Origin: Clostridia bacterium
GTDB lineage: Bacteria > Bacillota > Clostridia > TANB77 > CAG-508
Assembly (NCBI GenBank): GCA_017533795.1
Contig: JAFWIH010000020.1
Location: 9,335-73,334 of the forward strand
Reading direction: 5' to 3'
DNA length: 64,000 bases
Positions 20,337 to 30,738 of this stretch are shown here, in pieces. The notes beneath the pieces are model-generated. The model saw nothing but the letters and a program-made list of their open reading frames with translations. It was not told the origin of the DNA and made no database searches. Position numbers and translations under genes: made by a program. Each line of letters opens with the position of its first letter. Within the stretch, counting starts at the first letter, position 1.

Positions 20337-20441
20337 CAACCAAAGGGGATGTGAAAACGGTCAAAGGGGACGGAGGATTTTGACAGAAAATCTGTCAAAA
20401 TCCTCCGTCCCCTTTGACCGTTTTCACATCCCCTTTGGTTG
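20337..20441. repeat. GC-rich perfect palindrome (51-bp stem, 3-nt loop) exactly between convergent deoD and the SipW-operon end. Likely a bidirectional terminator, and member of a repeat family with the element at 52785-52880.
   Basis: caaccaaaggggatgtgaaaacggtcaaaggggacggaggattttgacaga-aaa-tctgtcaaaatcctccgtcccctttgaccgttttcacatcccctttggttg. GC content is far above flanks. It shares caa[ac]ggggacgg...attttg...ttgaca with the second copy. Confidence 0.75.
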
Positions 20442-20442
20442 T

Positions 20443-20964
20443 TTATTCTGCTTCTTTATATTTTCTCTTAACTATTCTTTTCCATTTTTCCTTAAATTTA
20501 AATCTGTTAAAATGATATATCCAAGCAAGAATAATAATTGATATTACAGAGAAAACTTTCGACTGAATCACCTTTACAATTCCACTAACATTTTTAAATT
20601 CTATCAGTTTCCTTCCTATTATGTTTTTCTCTGTCATTTCTGCAGTATCAGGATAATAATTGTTTTCTATTTTTGTTGAAAAATATTTTTTCCCTGTTTC
20701 TGAATCAGTATATATATTATTAATTGCCCCAACTTTTATATGACCATTGTAATAATAAGCAATTGTTTCATTTTGCTGTAAAGAGTTAATATTACCTTCT
20801 CTAGTTATTACCACATTTTTTAGTGGTAGAATTCCTATTCCAAATATATTAAGATATTTTTTCCCTGTAATCATTGTATTAACTAAATAGATAAAATTAT
20901 AAATTATAGCAGTTACTAATATAATATAAAGAATTTTATAAAATATCCTTCTCTTTTGCTTCAT
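20443..20964 (-). CDS. Small bitopic membrane protein (N- and C-terminal TM), last gene of the giant-protein/SipW operon.
   Basis: 173 aa. It overlaps the end of sipW-1 by 29 nt. No recognisable motifs. Confidence 0.45.
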   Translation of the reverse strand: MKQKRRIFYKILYIILVTAIIYNFIYLVNTMITGKKYLNIFGIGILPLKNVVITREGNINSLQQNETIAYYYNGHIKVGAINNIYTDSETGKKYFSTKIENNYYPDTAEMTEKNIIGRKLIEFKNVSGIVKVIQSKVFSVISIIILAWIYHFNRFKFKEKWKRIVKRKYKEAE

Positions 20965-21523
20965 TTTTCTTTTTTACTCTCCTATTATATTTTTTTTCAT
21001 CTAATTGTATTCTAGCAAACAATAGTATTAAAACTACTAATGTAATTATTAAAACTACTATCTGGTTTTCTGCTGCATCCATTACATATCCTAGCCTTGG
21101 TAAAACCATTATTTCTTTCCCATCTACTTGGTCATAGGTTATTTTTTCTTTATCTTCTACATTATTATTGTCACCTTTAGTAACATAATAGCTTGTATTG
21201 TTTTCTTGATCTACCCTAATAATTCTGTGTGTAATTGATTTATTATCTCTATCAAATGTAATAACATCTCCTTCTTTCAAGTCATTCTCTTTAGGTTTTT
21301 TTGTTAAAATAGCATCTCCTTCTTTAATAGAAGGCTCCATACTATTTGTTGTAATTACATATGCCTTATATCCGAATAGACTATAATCATGTATTCTATT
21401 TAAAGAAGAAAAGAATAATAACACAATATTATATATAAGTATAATTAGTATTATATGTAATATTCTTTTGAATGTTCTTGATGTGTTTTTTCTTTTTTCT
21501 ATTGATTCTATATCATATCTCAT
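20936..21523 (-). CDS. sipW: Signal peptidase I, SipW-type (archaeal/ER-type, C-terminal TM), paralog 1.
   Basis: YVITTNSMEPSIKEGDAILTKK catalytic-Ser box. Size 195 aa. C-terminal TM IVVLIITLVVLILLFA. It lies immediately downstream of the giant secreted protein. Confidence 0.75.
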   Translation of the reverse strand: MRYDIESIEKRKNTSRTFKRILHIILIILIYNIVLLFFSSLNRIHDYSLFGYKAYVITTNSMEPSIKEGDAILTKKPKENDLKEGDVITFDRDNKSITHRIIRVDQENNTSYYVTKGDNNNVEDKEKITYDQVDGKEIMVLPRLGYVMDAAENQIVVLIITLVVLILLFARIQLDEKKYNRRVKKKNEAKEKDIL

Positions 21524-21544
21524 ATTATTCCTTTCTCCCTTTTA

Positions 21545-24500
21545 TCATTTTATAACAATATATTCATATGCATCTCCAACAAAGTTGTCACCATCATATA
21601 ATTTGTAAACCATTTTATATGTACCAGATGTCAGGTCATTTTTTAGTTGAAATTGATATGTCATGTTTGATATAGGATTCTCTGAAACCATATATTCTTT
21701 TTCTCTGCTTGTAGGTGTTAATGTGTCTTGCACATAATCTGCCAAATCAACTAATGTGTAAGATTGTGAATATACTCCTGAGTAATCTCTTCTATACAAA
21801 GATACCGCAATTTTAGGATTTGATAGTCCCGATGAATATCCTATATTGCTTGTAATATAGTTATTGCCAAATTTATTCTGTCCAGTTTCTTTGTCTACTA
21901 TTTTATACTGATCTTGTGTTGTAACTTTTAATCCATAAGATGAGTTTATTATTCTTACATCAAGCTCTATCATATCCGAAGCTGTTAGTCCATAATATAT
22001 ACCATCTGATGAACCAAAAGACTCAATTTTTATTTTATAGTCTCCTGTAGCTAGTGTCGTATTGTTTTCAGTATGCATCTTTATTCTAGAAAGTACGTCT
22101 GTTACTTTGTCAGCCACATTAATTCTAGTTGTTCCATCAATTCTTGGATAATATGTTTTTCCGTCTAATACAAAATTTACTCCAAACAAGCTATCACTAC
22201 TTAATCTATTTCCATTGTTGTCATATATACTTATTTTTAAGCCAAGTTTTTTACCAAAATATTGTGTATCATATACACTTTTTGAGTTTACTATTGTCTG
22301 TGTGAATTTTGCATTAGCATTTATATTTAGTACATTTCCTAAATATAATGTTTGAGGTGTTAAAGATGCTTCTAGCTCTATTGTAGCATCCTCATTATTA
22401 TATACATTGTACCTCATAACATCTCTTTGAATACCTAAAACCCCAACTAGTGTTTCATTATCACTATCTCTTAATTCCATTAATACTGAATTACCTTCAA
22501 TATTTGATCCTACATTAGCATCGGCAAAATTAATATGGAATATAAAGTTTTCGTATATTAGGTCCATTTCTGAATTGTAGTATAAATTGCTTGCTTCTGT
22601 CTCATTAAATTCACCATTTGTACTTCCCATTGCTGTAAAATCCGACAGTGGATATACATATTTATTGCTTGCAACATCACTGCTTGTTACAACATAATAA
22701 TAATATTTATTGGTTACCATATCTAGCATAGTTAACTTTGTATTTTCTGGGAAACAATATGGTTCATCAGCCGCGTTTCTAGATACTATAACTCTTTGGA
22801 ATGATGAATAATCCCTGAATTTGCTTGGTTGTGTAGTTACAGCTTCTGGGTCTTGCTCATTTCCTATTATTGTAATATCCTGTTTTGCACTAGGTACAAA
22901 TAATGAGAAATATGTTGAAAATGCACTTTTGCTTGTAATTGTAGTATCTGTTGATGTAAATAACTCAAACTCTTGTCCAGGTGTTATTGCTCCTTCATAA
23001 TAGTCATCTTGGAATAGAGCAGTTGATAAATTTACATTTATCATTATATATGATATTTCATCATTCAAGTCATCAATAGGAGTTAAAACTTGTAACATTA
23101 TGTTTAACTCTCCAAGCTGTTGTTGTACGGTTAAGTTTTGTGAATGATAGAAGCAAAAATTAAGTGTTGGTGTATATGTTGAGTTATCTTTATCATATTC
23201 ATTTTTTCCTGTATATCTGCTTGCTCCATTTTCTGCTATAAAAGTTGTACTTCCATTTCCGGCCCATCCTGTATTACCAGTTCTTATAGATAATCCAAAG
23301 TTAGAATTAGCTTTTGTTCCATCTAGTTCTATTGCTTCTATTGTACTTGGATCAACTAATGAGATACCATTTTTTAGTCCTGATGAAAAACCATACATTA
23401 CAAATTTGGTATTAGGAGTTGAAAATCCTTGCAATAATAGCTCATATGTACCAAGAGTTGCATATTTAGATGCTGTTAAGTCCAAGTCAATTGGAGTTAC
23501 AGCTTTTGCCTCACCAACAGTCCAAATATAGTACAAGTCATCTGGTGGTGTTGTATCTATATAGTCAACTTTTATTGTACCCGCTTCATTATTATCTTCT
23601 TCATTTTCTTTATGTTTTGTATTAGTATAGAATCCGTCAGCTGTTATATCATGATTGTCCATATGTCGTGCTTTTACATAAGAATTTAATATAAAAGTTC
23701 CTTCATTTTCTATTTCATCACCATTTTGATTTGTATATTGATATATACCTGTACTTGTACTTGGATTAGTTTTATTAGAAAATAATCCTAAGAAAAACAT
23801 ACCTTGTACATCGCCATAAGTTGTAGCTTTTTCATTTGTCGCAACATTTAGGTTTTTGCCTTCTAACATATAAATTCTATTGTCAACATTTTTAGTATTT
23901 TCCCCTGTCTCGCGATTAATAGTAACTGTACCTTTTGTTTCTACTCCATTTATATCAACCATGCTATCTATCTCTTTCAAAAGGTTAGCACCATTACACA
24001 AGTACAATGTAGAATTGTTTTTTAATTTTAACTGGTCTATTCTACTTAGTGAAAACTGTACGCTTGAGTATTCGTTTGTTCTATCTGTTGTTCCAGATAA
24101 AGAAAGTGCAGAATTAATTATTGTAACAACTTTTGCTCTTTGTATTGAAATATTACTTTGTGGAGTCTGATAAGTTCCATAATTTTTAATTGTTATTAAA
24201 CTATCACCTGCAGAACTTGAAGCATTTCCTGAGCCAAATATGCTTCCTGTCATTTGAAGCTTGCTGTGTCCATTTCCGTCAATTAATATATTAATACCTT
24301 GTGTTACACTTATGGCTTCAAAGTCGTATATTTCACTTCCTGCTTCGTTTGCCTCTCCTCCTCCAAATACTGTTCCTACAATTTCGATGTCTCCTTTTTC
24401 TAGTGAATTATCGCCTACTGCATCATATCCTATATTTACATTTGCAGTACCATATATTACAGAAGTATTTGCTCCTCCATATACGTTTCCACCAATTGTT

Positions 24501-27500
24501 CCTCCTACGATGTTAACAGTACTCGTTGAATTGTTAGCATTTTCATCTCCAGTTGCTGCTTGATTTCCGCCACCAAAAACGTTTCCAGTAACTTGATTGC
24601 TTGTACCGTGCATTATTAAATTAGTATTACCATAAACTATAGCACTTGCACCATTTCCACCAGCAAATAGATTTGCATTTATTTGTGAATCCTTTGCTTT
24701 AACATATGTATTTTGTGTAACTGTTCCTTGGTTGCCTCCTCCATACACATTATGACCTACTTGTGCATTATTTAAGTTTACATTTGTATTTGTATTTACT
24801 CCTGCTTGGTTGCCTCCTCCAAATACATCATTTTGTACTATTCCATTTACATTAACATTAGTTGCATTTGTCTCGGCTTGGTTGCCTCCTCCAAATACAT
24901 CTACTACATTTCCTCCATTTATTGTAACATTTGCTGTTGTAGTTGTTCCACCTTGATTATTTCCACCATAAACTTTGTTTATTTTGCTATCTGTATAACT
25001 CAATTTACTTCCTGTGCTATCAGTTCCAGATAACATACATGCTGATGTAAAGGTTTCAATACTTTGTTTTGATAATATCTCTATCTCAAAACTATATGTT
25101 GCTCCAGCAGCAACCTGGTTTGTTCCATAATATCTGTTTACTTCACTGAATGTATATCTTCCATTGTTTTCTGTAATTTGTGTTGATGAATAATTTGAAA
25201 ATAGCATTGAATCTTTTACATATATACTTCCATTCCAATGTTCTAAAGTGTTAGATGTGTTGTTGGTAATTTTTACTGTGAATTTTGCATAAGTTGGATA
25301 ATCTGGATATGTATTTTTTCTCCATCCAGCATCTTCAACAGTTGAAGTTATTTCCATTTTTATCCCTGTAGATTCATTTTCACTTGCTGAGTTATTTGTT
25401 GTAACATTACTTGTTGTTACATTTCCACTTTTGTTTGAGCCACCAAAAACATTGTCTATATTTCCGCCATTAGTTGTTACATTTGTTGTTGTAACTCCTG
25501 CTTGGTTGCCTCCTCCATATATGTTTTGAATAATTCCTCCATCTGTTATAACTGTTGAAGTATTTGTACTTGCTTGGTCTCCTCCACCAAACACATTATC
25601 AATTATTCCACCGTGGATTGTTACATTAGAAGTAGTAGTTACTGCTTTGTTTCCTCCACCAAATGCATTTGTTATTGTTCCATTATTTATTACTACATTT
25701 GATGTTTCAGTTGTACCTCCAGCATTATTTCCACCATAAATGTTTGGTATCATTCCACTATTAGCTTCTACATTACTTGTTGTAACTGTTCCCGAAGAAT
25801 TTGAACCTCCAAATACACTTGCCTTATTTACTCCATCAACTATATTTGTAAATGTTGTACCATTACAATAAACGTGAGTTTCACCTGCTCCTGCATTATT
25901 TCCTCCACCATATGTAGTTGCATTTGTTCCACCTGTTAAATATACATTTGTAACATCAGCTGCAGCTTGATTTCCTCCACCATATATTGTACTTACTGTA
26001 CCACTATTTAATCTTACTTCTGTTTCATCTACTTCGGCCTGATTTCCTCCACCAAATATGGTTGTAGTTGTTCCATCTGTAATAGTTACTTTGGTTGTTT
26101 CTACTGTTGCTTTGTTTCCTCCGCCATATACTTCTGTATTTGTTCCTCCAATTACATTTACAATTGTATCAGTTACTGTTGCTTGGTTTCCTCCACCAAA
26201 CACTTTAGTATTTGAATCACCTTTAATATTTACTGTTGCTGCTCCTTCAACTATTCCTAAGTTTCCACCACCATAAATATCTGCTGTATGTGTTCCTTTT
26301 TCAATGTTAATAGTTGAATTTCCTATAAGCTTGGCTATATTGCCTCCACCATATACTTCTATTCCTAAGTCAGCATTTATCTTTATACTTGAAGATCCAG
26401 TAAGTTTGGCCATATCTGCACGTCCAGAAACTCCTGCTCCTGCGCCAAATATTTTTCCAGAAATAGTTGGTGTACCGTTAATCTCAATATAACTTGCACC
26501 CTTCATTCCTGCAACCGATGTTTTATTTGAATAATTATATCCACATCCTGCTCCATAAATATTACCATTTATAGTTGGACTTCCTGATATAACTATATTA
26601 CTATTTCCATAAAGGAACCCACCATCTTCAGCTGTTGTATTTTCATTCAAGTATTCAGTGTATCCATATCCTCCACCAAATATATTTCCATCTATAGTTC
26701 CTCCACTAATGTTTATATTTACTGAAGTTGCATAATTTTGGCCATAACTTCTATATCTATCTGATGATGCGGCATCATAGCCAGAAACTCCTCCAGCTCC
26801 TGCTCCATATATATTATTTTTTACTTCTCCACCAGAAATATTAATTGTTGCTGTGCCATAGAAATATGAATCACAAGTGTTTCCTTCATCTGATTCTGAA
26901 TCTACTCCCATATTTCTTCCTAAGCATCCACCATATAATTCTGTTATTGTACCTCCAGTTATATTTACTGTTGCAGTTCCTAAATATGTATTACATGGAT
27001 AATTCCAGTTATATGGTATGCTTTCTGAATCCCCTATGCTTGCACCTAATACACGTCCTATAGTTCCTTTTTTTATATTAATAGTTGCATTAGAATAATT
27101 ATTTCCAGTAGCTGAACCTCCACCTAATAAATTAACATCATAATCAATTGCATTTCCATTAACCGTCTCAGCACTTAAAGATTTAGTTGAATTATTTATA
27201 TCAATTGTGATTGTTATATTAAATGGATTAGATGAAGTTCCTGTAAAGTCATGTGAAGTTGTTTGTCCTTGGCCTTCTGAAGTTCCTGGGCTTCCTCCTC
27301 CCATTATTCTAGCATATGCTCCACTTTTAATTAAAACTTCTGGATTATTTCTAGGTAAGTTACTATAATTATATTGTAACCAGCATGAGAAAATATGGAA
27401 TGCAGGCGCATTTCCTCCAAGTAATCCTTGGTTTGTATTAGATTTAGCATAATTTTTCATTACAACGTCTTCACCTATTGTTAAGCTAAATCCTTGTAAG

Positions 27501-30500
27501 TAGAAATATGTTTGGCTTTTAGTATAGCCATTTATTTGACCTCTCCAATTATAAGAATAATAGTAACCATCTAGATTCAAATACATAAATGTTGTATCTT
27601 CATTTAAATATCTATAGCCTAATCTATATCCTTCAAAGCACAAATCTGGATCATAATCTCTATCTTTATATTTACCAGTTATAGTTGCTTTTCTTGCAAA
27701 ACTGCTGTTATTACTACTGTTTAAAAATATAGTATCGTCATTACTATCATTATAATCACTCATTAATACTATAACATTTTTATTTCTAGTACCATTTGCA
27801 TCTAATTTACTATATGCTGTAGCTAATGTTCTAACTGCGGTTGCTTCAGAACGACCATCCCTATTGTTGTTTCCATTATCATAATCACAATAAACTACAG
27901 TTCTCTCTCCAAATGTAAAACTATCTTCCACAGTTAACTCATTTACAGTACTATGAGTTGCAACCAAACGATAATCATAATATTGTTCTAAGTCTGTTAA
28001 TGTAAGTCCTGATGAGCCTTGCACCTCTTTTACAACTTCTGCTTCACCAGAAATATCTTCTTTATACCATGTAAATGTATAATCGTTCATATCTATATAA
28101 GGTAAGGCTGTACCTACTAAATTTGCTGTAACTGATGCTGCACTATTGTTTACATTAAATTCTATTTCAATATACAATCTTTCTACTGTAAAAGAAAGTG
28201 TTGAATAATACTGTCCATCTGATGCAATAATGACTACCTCTTGATCTGTTGAAAAACTTGGTGAACATTCATATGTATTGCCTTCTTCATCTAAAGTTCC
28301 ATTATTGTACCATTTATATGTATATGTTCCAATATTATATAAATCAGAAACATTTGCTGAATAATTATTAATTGATGTTTCAGTAACCGATGCTGTTAAT
28401 CGAGGTATTAAGCTTAAGCTTCCATTTTCATATTTCCAATTAACATTATCTGTTGTTCTACTATTAAATCCATCTAATAAACTTGAAACGTTATTAGTAT
28501 AAATACCTTTATTGTTTCCTTGTACTGAGCCCATTAAATCAGTATCATTTCGAGATGTTGATGTTCCAGATGTTACTGTTGATGTATATAGAGTATTATT
28601 TATTCTGGTATTAGTATAATAACTTGTCATAGTTAAATTAACAGTACCATTATTTGTGCTCTGATTACCATTCCAATAGTTTGTCATATATGTTGTTGTA
28701 TTATTATCATTATTAGCTGTTGCAGCAACTCTACCTCCAAAAATCGGTCCAACTAGACCATTTGCAGTAATATTTCCAGTATATAAACAATACTCAGGCC
28801 ATGCCTGTTGTGTTCTTATACTTCCAATTATTCCACCTGTATGAACCATAGCCAGATAATATGCATAATAACTAATATAATAGTCACCATAGTCAGAATA
28901 ATAATGTGTTATTGTACTTAAATTAATATCTGCATCTACATAACAATTCTGTATACTATATCTTGCGCCATCACCAGGATCTGTTGTTCCTGTTTTTGTA
29001 TTTTGTGCATTTCCTGCAATTCCACCAACACAAATTTGGAAAGTTCTACTTCTTACTTTAATGCTCCCTGTACTTCTTATTGTAGAGTTCTTTACAGCAA
29101 CATTTGAAACTTTTGAGTGATTGTACATACTTCCAGTTACTATTCCAATATTAAATCCTCTTGCATTGGTTGTACTCCTATTTACATTGCCTGATGATGT
29201 AAATACTACATTTATATTATCAAACACAACATTTTCTACAGTAGCATAAACACTTCCAGTACCAATGCTTCCAAAAAAGCCAAATGAATACATCGTATTT
29301 GATGTCATTGTAACACTACCAGATGCTGTTATTGTTGCATTTTTTATTGTTCTTCCAGAGCCATTGAAAATACCTGCGAAAGAATATGTAGCATCACCTA
29401 TTGGCTCCCAATCTCTGTTATTTAAATCTATATCTCTCGTTAATTGAAAATATTGTCCTTCAAAACTTGTCCCATTCTTTACTCTTGATGCTAAATAAGC
29501 AAGTTCTGCTCCTGAATTTATTAAATATGGATCAGCAATACTTCCACTTCCAATATTAAAACTTGTTGCGACACTCCCATCCCATACATCAGGTTCATTT
29601 TCCATTGTTAATAGTTCTCTTGTTTCAGCTGGAGCTTTTAAAATAGCAGTAATTTCTGGTGAGACAGTAGCATTTTTCTCATCTAGAATAATTACATATT
29701 CTGAAAAACTATTTGTTTTAAATTCAATTGAATCTTCTTTTGTTTCTACTCCTTTTATTTCTTCTGTAGTATTATCTTCTTTAATATGCACAACTTTGTA
29801 TTTTTTTGTTTCTGTATCTACATTTTCTAAGTTAGTAATGTAAACCTCTGTGTCCTCTCCAAAATCACTAGGTTCATATTCTTTTCCTTCCGAAATTATT
29901 TTTATATCGTAAACTTTTTTTATTTGTGCATCTTTACTTACATGGTTTTTAACCAATTCTCCAACATTATCTTTATTTACAGTTTCTACTTTTAGTTCGC
30001 CATCAACAGGCATATACCCTTCAAGAATTACCCTGTTATTTTCTTCAGTTTTTTCTAGATGTTTTAAATATAGCAATTTGTTGTCTTTTTCTTTAGTATT
30101 GTATTCTACTACAATATTTATTTCCTTTTTTTCTAGTTCTTCATTAGTTAAAAATATCTTTTCCCCAGGTATTTTTTCTATATTATACTTTTCGATATCT
30201 TCAATTTTATTTTTTTTGCTCAAGTCTTCTGTTGTCTTTTCTTCTTCTGATTCTTCTATTATAATGTTTTCAGGTTCTTGTACTGAGCTTTCCTCTGTAA
30301 TTATATTTTCCTGCTCAGGTGTCTGTTCTATGATAGTATTTTCTTCAGTTGTTTTGTTTTCAGATTCTAATACTATGTTTTCTTCTACTTTATTTTCAGA
30401 TTCTTGTAATGTGTTTTCTTCTACATTATCATCATTTATTGCTTTTTCTTCAACTAAAAATTTTTTTACCTTCTTGTTATTGATATTATCTGGCAACAAA

Positions 30501-30706
30501 ATATAATATCCTGCTTCGTCTTGACTAATGGCCTGAACAGTTACTGTTTCCATGTCTAATAAACCACTAGAATCCATAAAATTTCCATTTATATCTAGTA
30601 GTTTTTCAGCTCTTGAACCAGTAAAAGCTCTTATTTCTATGATTATTGCTACTATTATAATAATTAAAGTTATAATTCTCTTTTTACTTACTTTCTTCAT
30701 CTGCAT
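21545..30706 (-). CDS. Giant (3053 aa) secreted surface protein. N-terminal SipW-cognate-like signal peptide, an acidic E/N/T-rich low-complexity region, then a long array of ~19-20-aa beta-helix-type repeats with consensus (V/I)(Y/F)GGGN.A.V..T.V...GG. No LPXTG, SLH or choline-binding anchor is recognisable.
   Basis: MQMKKVSKKRIITLIIIIVAIIIEIRAFTGSRAE (compare TasA GGTWAAFND). Dozens of YGGGNQA/FGGGNQA repeats at roughly aa 1480-2560 (DNA ~23000-26900, approximate). Many N-x-T/S sequons. Confidence 0.8.
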   Translation of the reverse strand: MQMKKVSKKRIITLIIIIVAIIIEIRAFTGSRAEKLLDINGNFMDSSGLLDMETVTVQAISQDEAGYYILLPDNINNKKVKKFLVEEKAINDDNVEENTLQESENKVEENIVLESENKTTEENTIIEQTPEQENIITEESSVQEPENIIIEESEEEKTTEDLSKKNKIEDIEKYNIEKIPGEKIFLTNEELEKKEINIVVEYNTKEKDNKLLYLKHLEKTEENNRVILEGYMPVDGELKVETVNKDNVGELVKNHVSKDAQIKKVYDIKIISEGKEYEPSDFGEDTEVYITNLENVDTETKKYKVVHIKEDNTTEEIKGVETKEDSIEFKTNSFSEYVIILDEKNATVSPEITAILKAPAETRELLTMENEPDVWDGSVATSFNIGSGSIADPYLINSGAELAYLASRVKNGTSFEGQYFQLTRDIDLNNRDWEPIGDATYSFAGIFNGSGRTIKNATITASGSVTMTSNTMYSFGFFGSIGTGSVYATVENVVFDNINVVFTSSGNVNRSTTNARGFNIGIVTGSMYNHSKVSNVAVKNSTIRSTGSIKVRSRTFQICVGGIAGNAQNTKTGTTDPGDGARYSIQNCYVDADINLSTITHYYSDYGDYYISYYAYYLAMVHTGGIIGSIRTQQAWPEYCLYTGNITANGLVGPIFGGRVAATANNDNNTTTYMTNYWNGNQSTNNGTVNLTMTSYYTNTRINNTLYTSTVTSGTSTSRNDTDLMGSVQGNNKGIYTNNVSSLLDGFNSRTTDNVNWKYENGSLSLIPRLTASVTETSINNYSANVSDLYNIGTYTYKWYNNGTLDEEGNTYECSPSFSTDQEVVIIASDGQYYSTLSFTVERLYIEIEFNVNNSAASVTANLVGTALPYIDMNDYTFTWYKEDISGEAEVVKEVQGSSGLTLTDLEQYYDYRLVATHSTVNELTVEDSFTFGERTVVYCDYDNGNNNRDGRSEATAVRTLATAYSKLDANGTRNKNVIVLMSDYNDSNDDTIFLNSSNNSSFARKATITGKYKDRDYDPDLCFEGYRLGYRYLNEDTTFMYLNLDGYYYSYNWRGQINGYTKSQTYFYLQGFSLTIGEDVVMKNYAKSNTNQGLLGGNAPAFHIFSCWLQYNYSNLPRNNPEVLIKSGAYARIMGGGSPGTSEGQGQTTSHDFTGTSSNPFNITITIDINNSTKSLSAETVNGNAIDYDVNLLGGGSATGNNYSNATINIKKGTIGRVLGASIGDSESIPYNWNYPCNTYLGTATVNITGGTITELYGGCLGRNMGVDSESDEGNTCDSYFYGTATINISGGEVKNNIYGAGAGGVSGYDAASSDRYRSYGQNYATSVNINISGGTIDGNIFGGGYGYTEYLNENTTAEDGGFLYGNSNIVISGSPTINGNIYGAGCGYNYSNKTSVAGMKGASYIEINGTPTISGKIFGAGAGVSGRADMAKLTGSSSIKINADLGIEVYGGGNIAKLIGNSTINIEKGTHTADIYGGGNLGIVEGAATVNIKGDSNTKVFGGGNQATVTDTIVNVIGGTNTEVYGGGNKATVETTKVTITDGTTTTIFGGGNQAEVDETEVRLNSGTVSTIYGGGNQAAADVTNVYLTGGTNATTYGGGNNAGAGETHVYCNGTTFTNIVDGVNKASVFGGSNSSGTVTTSNVEANSGMIPNIYGGNNAGGTTETSNVVINNGTITNAFGGGNKAVTTTSNVTIHGGIIDNVFGGGDQASTNTSTVITDGGIIQNIYGGGNQAGVTTTNVTTNGGNIDNVFGGSNKSGNVTTSNVTTNNSASENESTGIKMEITSTVEDAGWRKNTYPDYPTYAKFTVKITNNTSNTLEHWNGSIYVKDSMLFSNYSSTQITENNGRYTFSEVNRYYGTNQVAAGATYSFEIEILSKQSIETFTSACMLSGTDSTGSKLSYTDSKINKVYGGNNQGGTTTTANVTINGGNVVDVFGGGNQAETNATNVNVNGIVQNDVFGGGNQAGVNTNTNVNLNNAQVGHNVYGGGNQGTVTQNTYVKAKDSQINANLFAGGNGASAIVYGNTNLIMHGTSNQVTGNVFGGGNQAATGDENANNSTSTVNIVGGTIGGNVYGGANTSVIYGTANVNIGYDAVGDNSLEKGDIEIVGTVFGGGEANEAGSEIYDFEAISVTQGINILIDGNGHSKLQMTGSIFGSGNASSSAGDSLITIKNYGTYQTPQSNISIQRAKVVTIINSALSLSGTTDRTNEYSSVQFSLSRIDQLKLKNNSTLYLCNGANLLKEIDSMVDINGVETKGTVTINRETGENTKNVDNRIYMLEGKNLNVATNEKATTYGDVQGMFFLGLFSNKTNPSTSTGIYQYTNQNGDEIENEGTFILNSYVKARHMDNHDITADGFYTNTKHKENEEDNNEAGTIKVDYIDTTPPDDLYYIWTVGEAKAVTPIDLDLTASKYATLGTYELLLQGFSTPNTKFVMYGFSSGLKNGISLVDPSTIEAIELDGTKANSNFGLSIRTGNTGWAGNGSTTFIAENGASRYTGKNEYDKDNSTYTPTLNFCFYHSQNLTVQQQLGELNIMLQVLTPIDDLNDEISYIMINVNLSTALFQDDYYEGAITPGQEFELFTSTDTTITSKSAFSTYFSLFVPSAKQDITIIGNEQDPEAVTTQPSKFRDYSSFQRVIVSRNAADEPYCFPENTKLTMLDMVTNKYYYYVVTSSDVASNKYVYPLSDFTAMGSTNGEFNETEASNLYYNSEMDLIYENFIFHINFADANVGSNIEGNSVLMELRDSDNETLVGVLGIQRDVMRYNVYNNEDATIELEASLTPQTLYLGNVLNINANAKFTQTIVNSKSVYDTQYFGKKLGLKISIYDNNGNRLSSDSLFGVNFVLDGKTYYPRIDGTTRINVADKVTDVLSRIKMHTENNTTLATGDYKIKIESFGSSDGIYYGLTASDMIELDVRIINSSYGLKVTTQDQYKIVDKETGQNKFGNNYITSNIGYSSGLSNPKIAVSLYRRDYSGVYSQSYTLVDLADYVQDTLTPTSREKEYMVSENPISNMTYQFQLKNDLTSGTYKMVYKLYDGDNFVGDAYEYIVIK

Positions 30707-30738
30707 AACTCCAAATTACATTCTTAATCTTATGTTTA

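Noticed and set aside
20337-20441. Considered the long palindromes as CRISPR repeats, tRNA-like elements or inverted repeats of an IS/MITE carrying a transposase.
   Set aside because: Only single hairpins with no spacer-repeat periodicity. No cloverleaf. No transposase ORF nearby. They are therefore classified as palindromic repeat/terminator elements.
23880-30506. Plus-strand ORFs inside the giant-protein gene (e.g. 24261-24563, 26058-26276, 30078-30506) with repetitive P/S/F-rich translations.
   Set aside because: They are antisense reading frames of the GGGN repeat array and the acidic linker. The repetition simply mirrors the sense-strand repeats.
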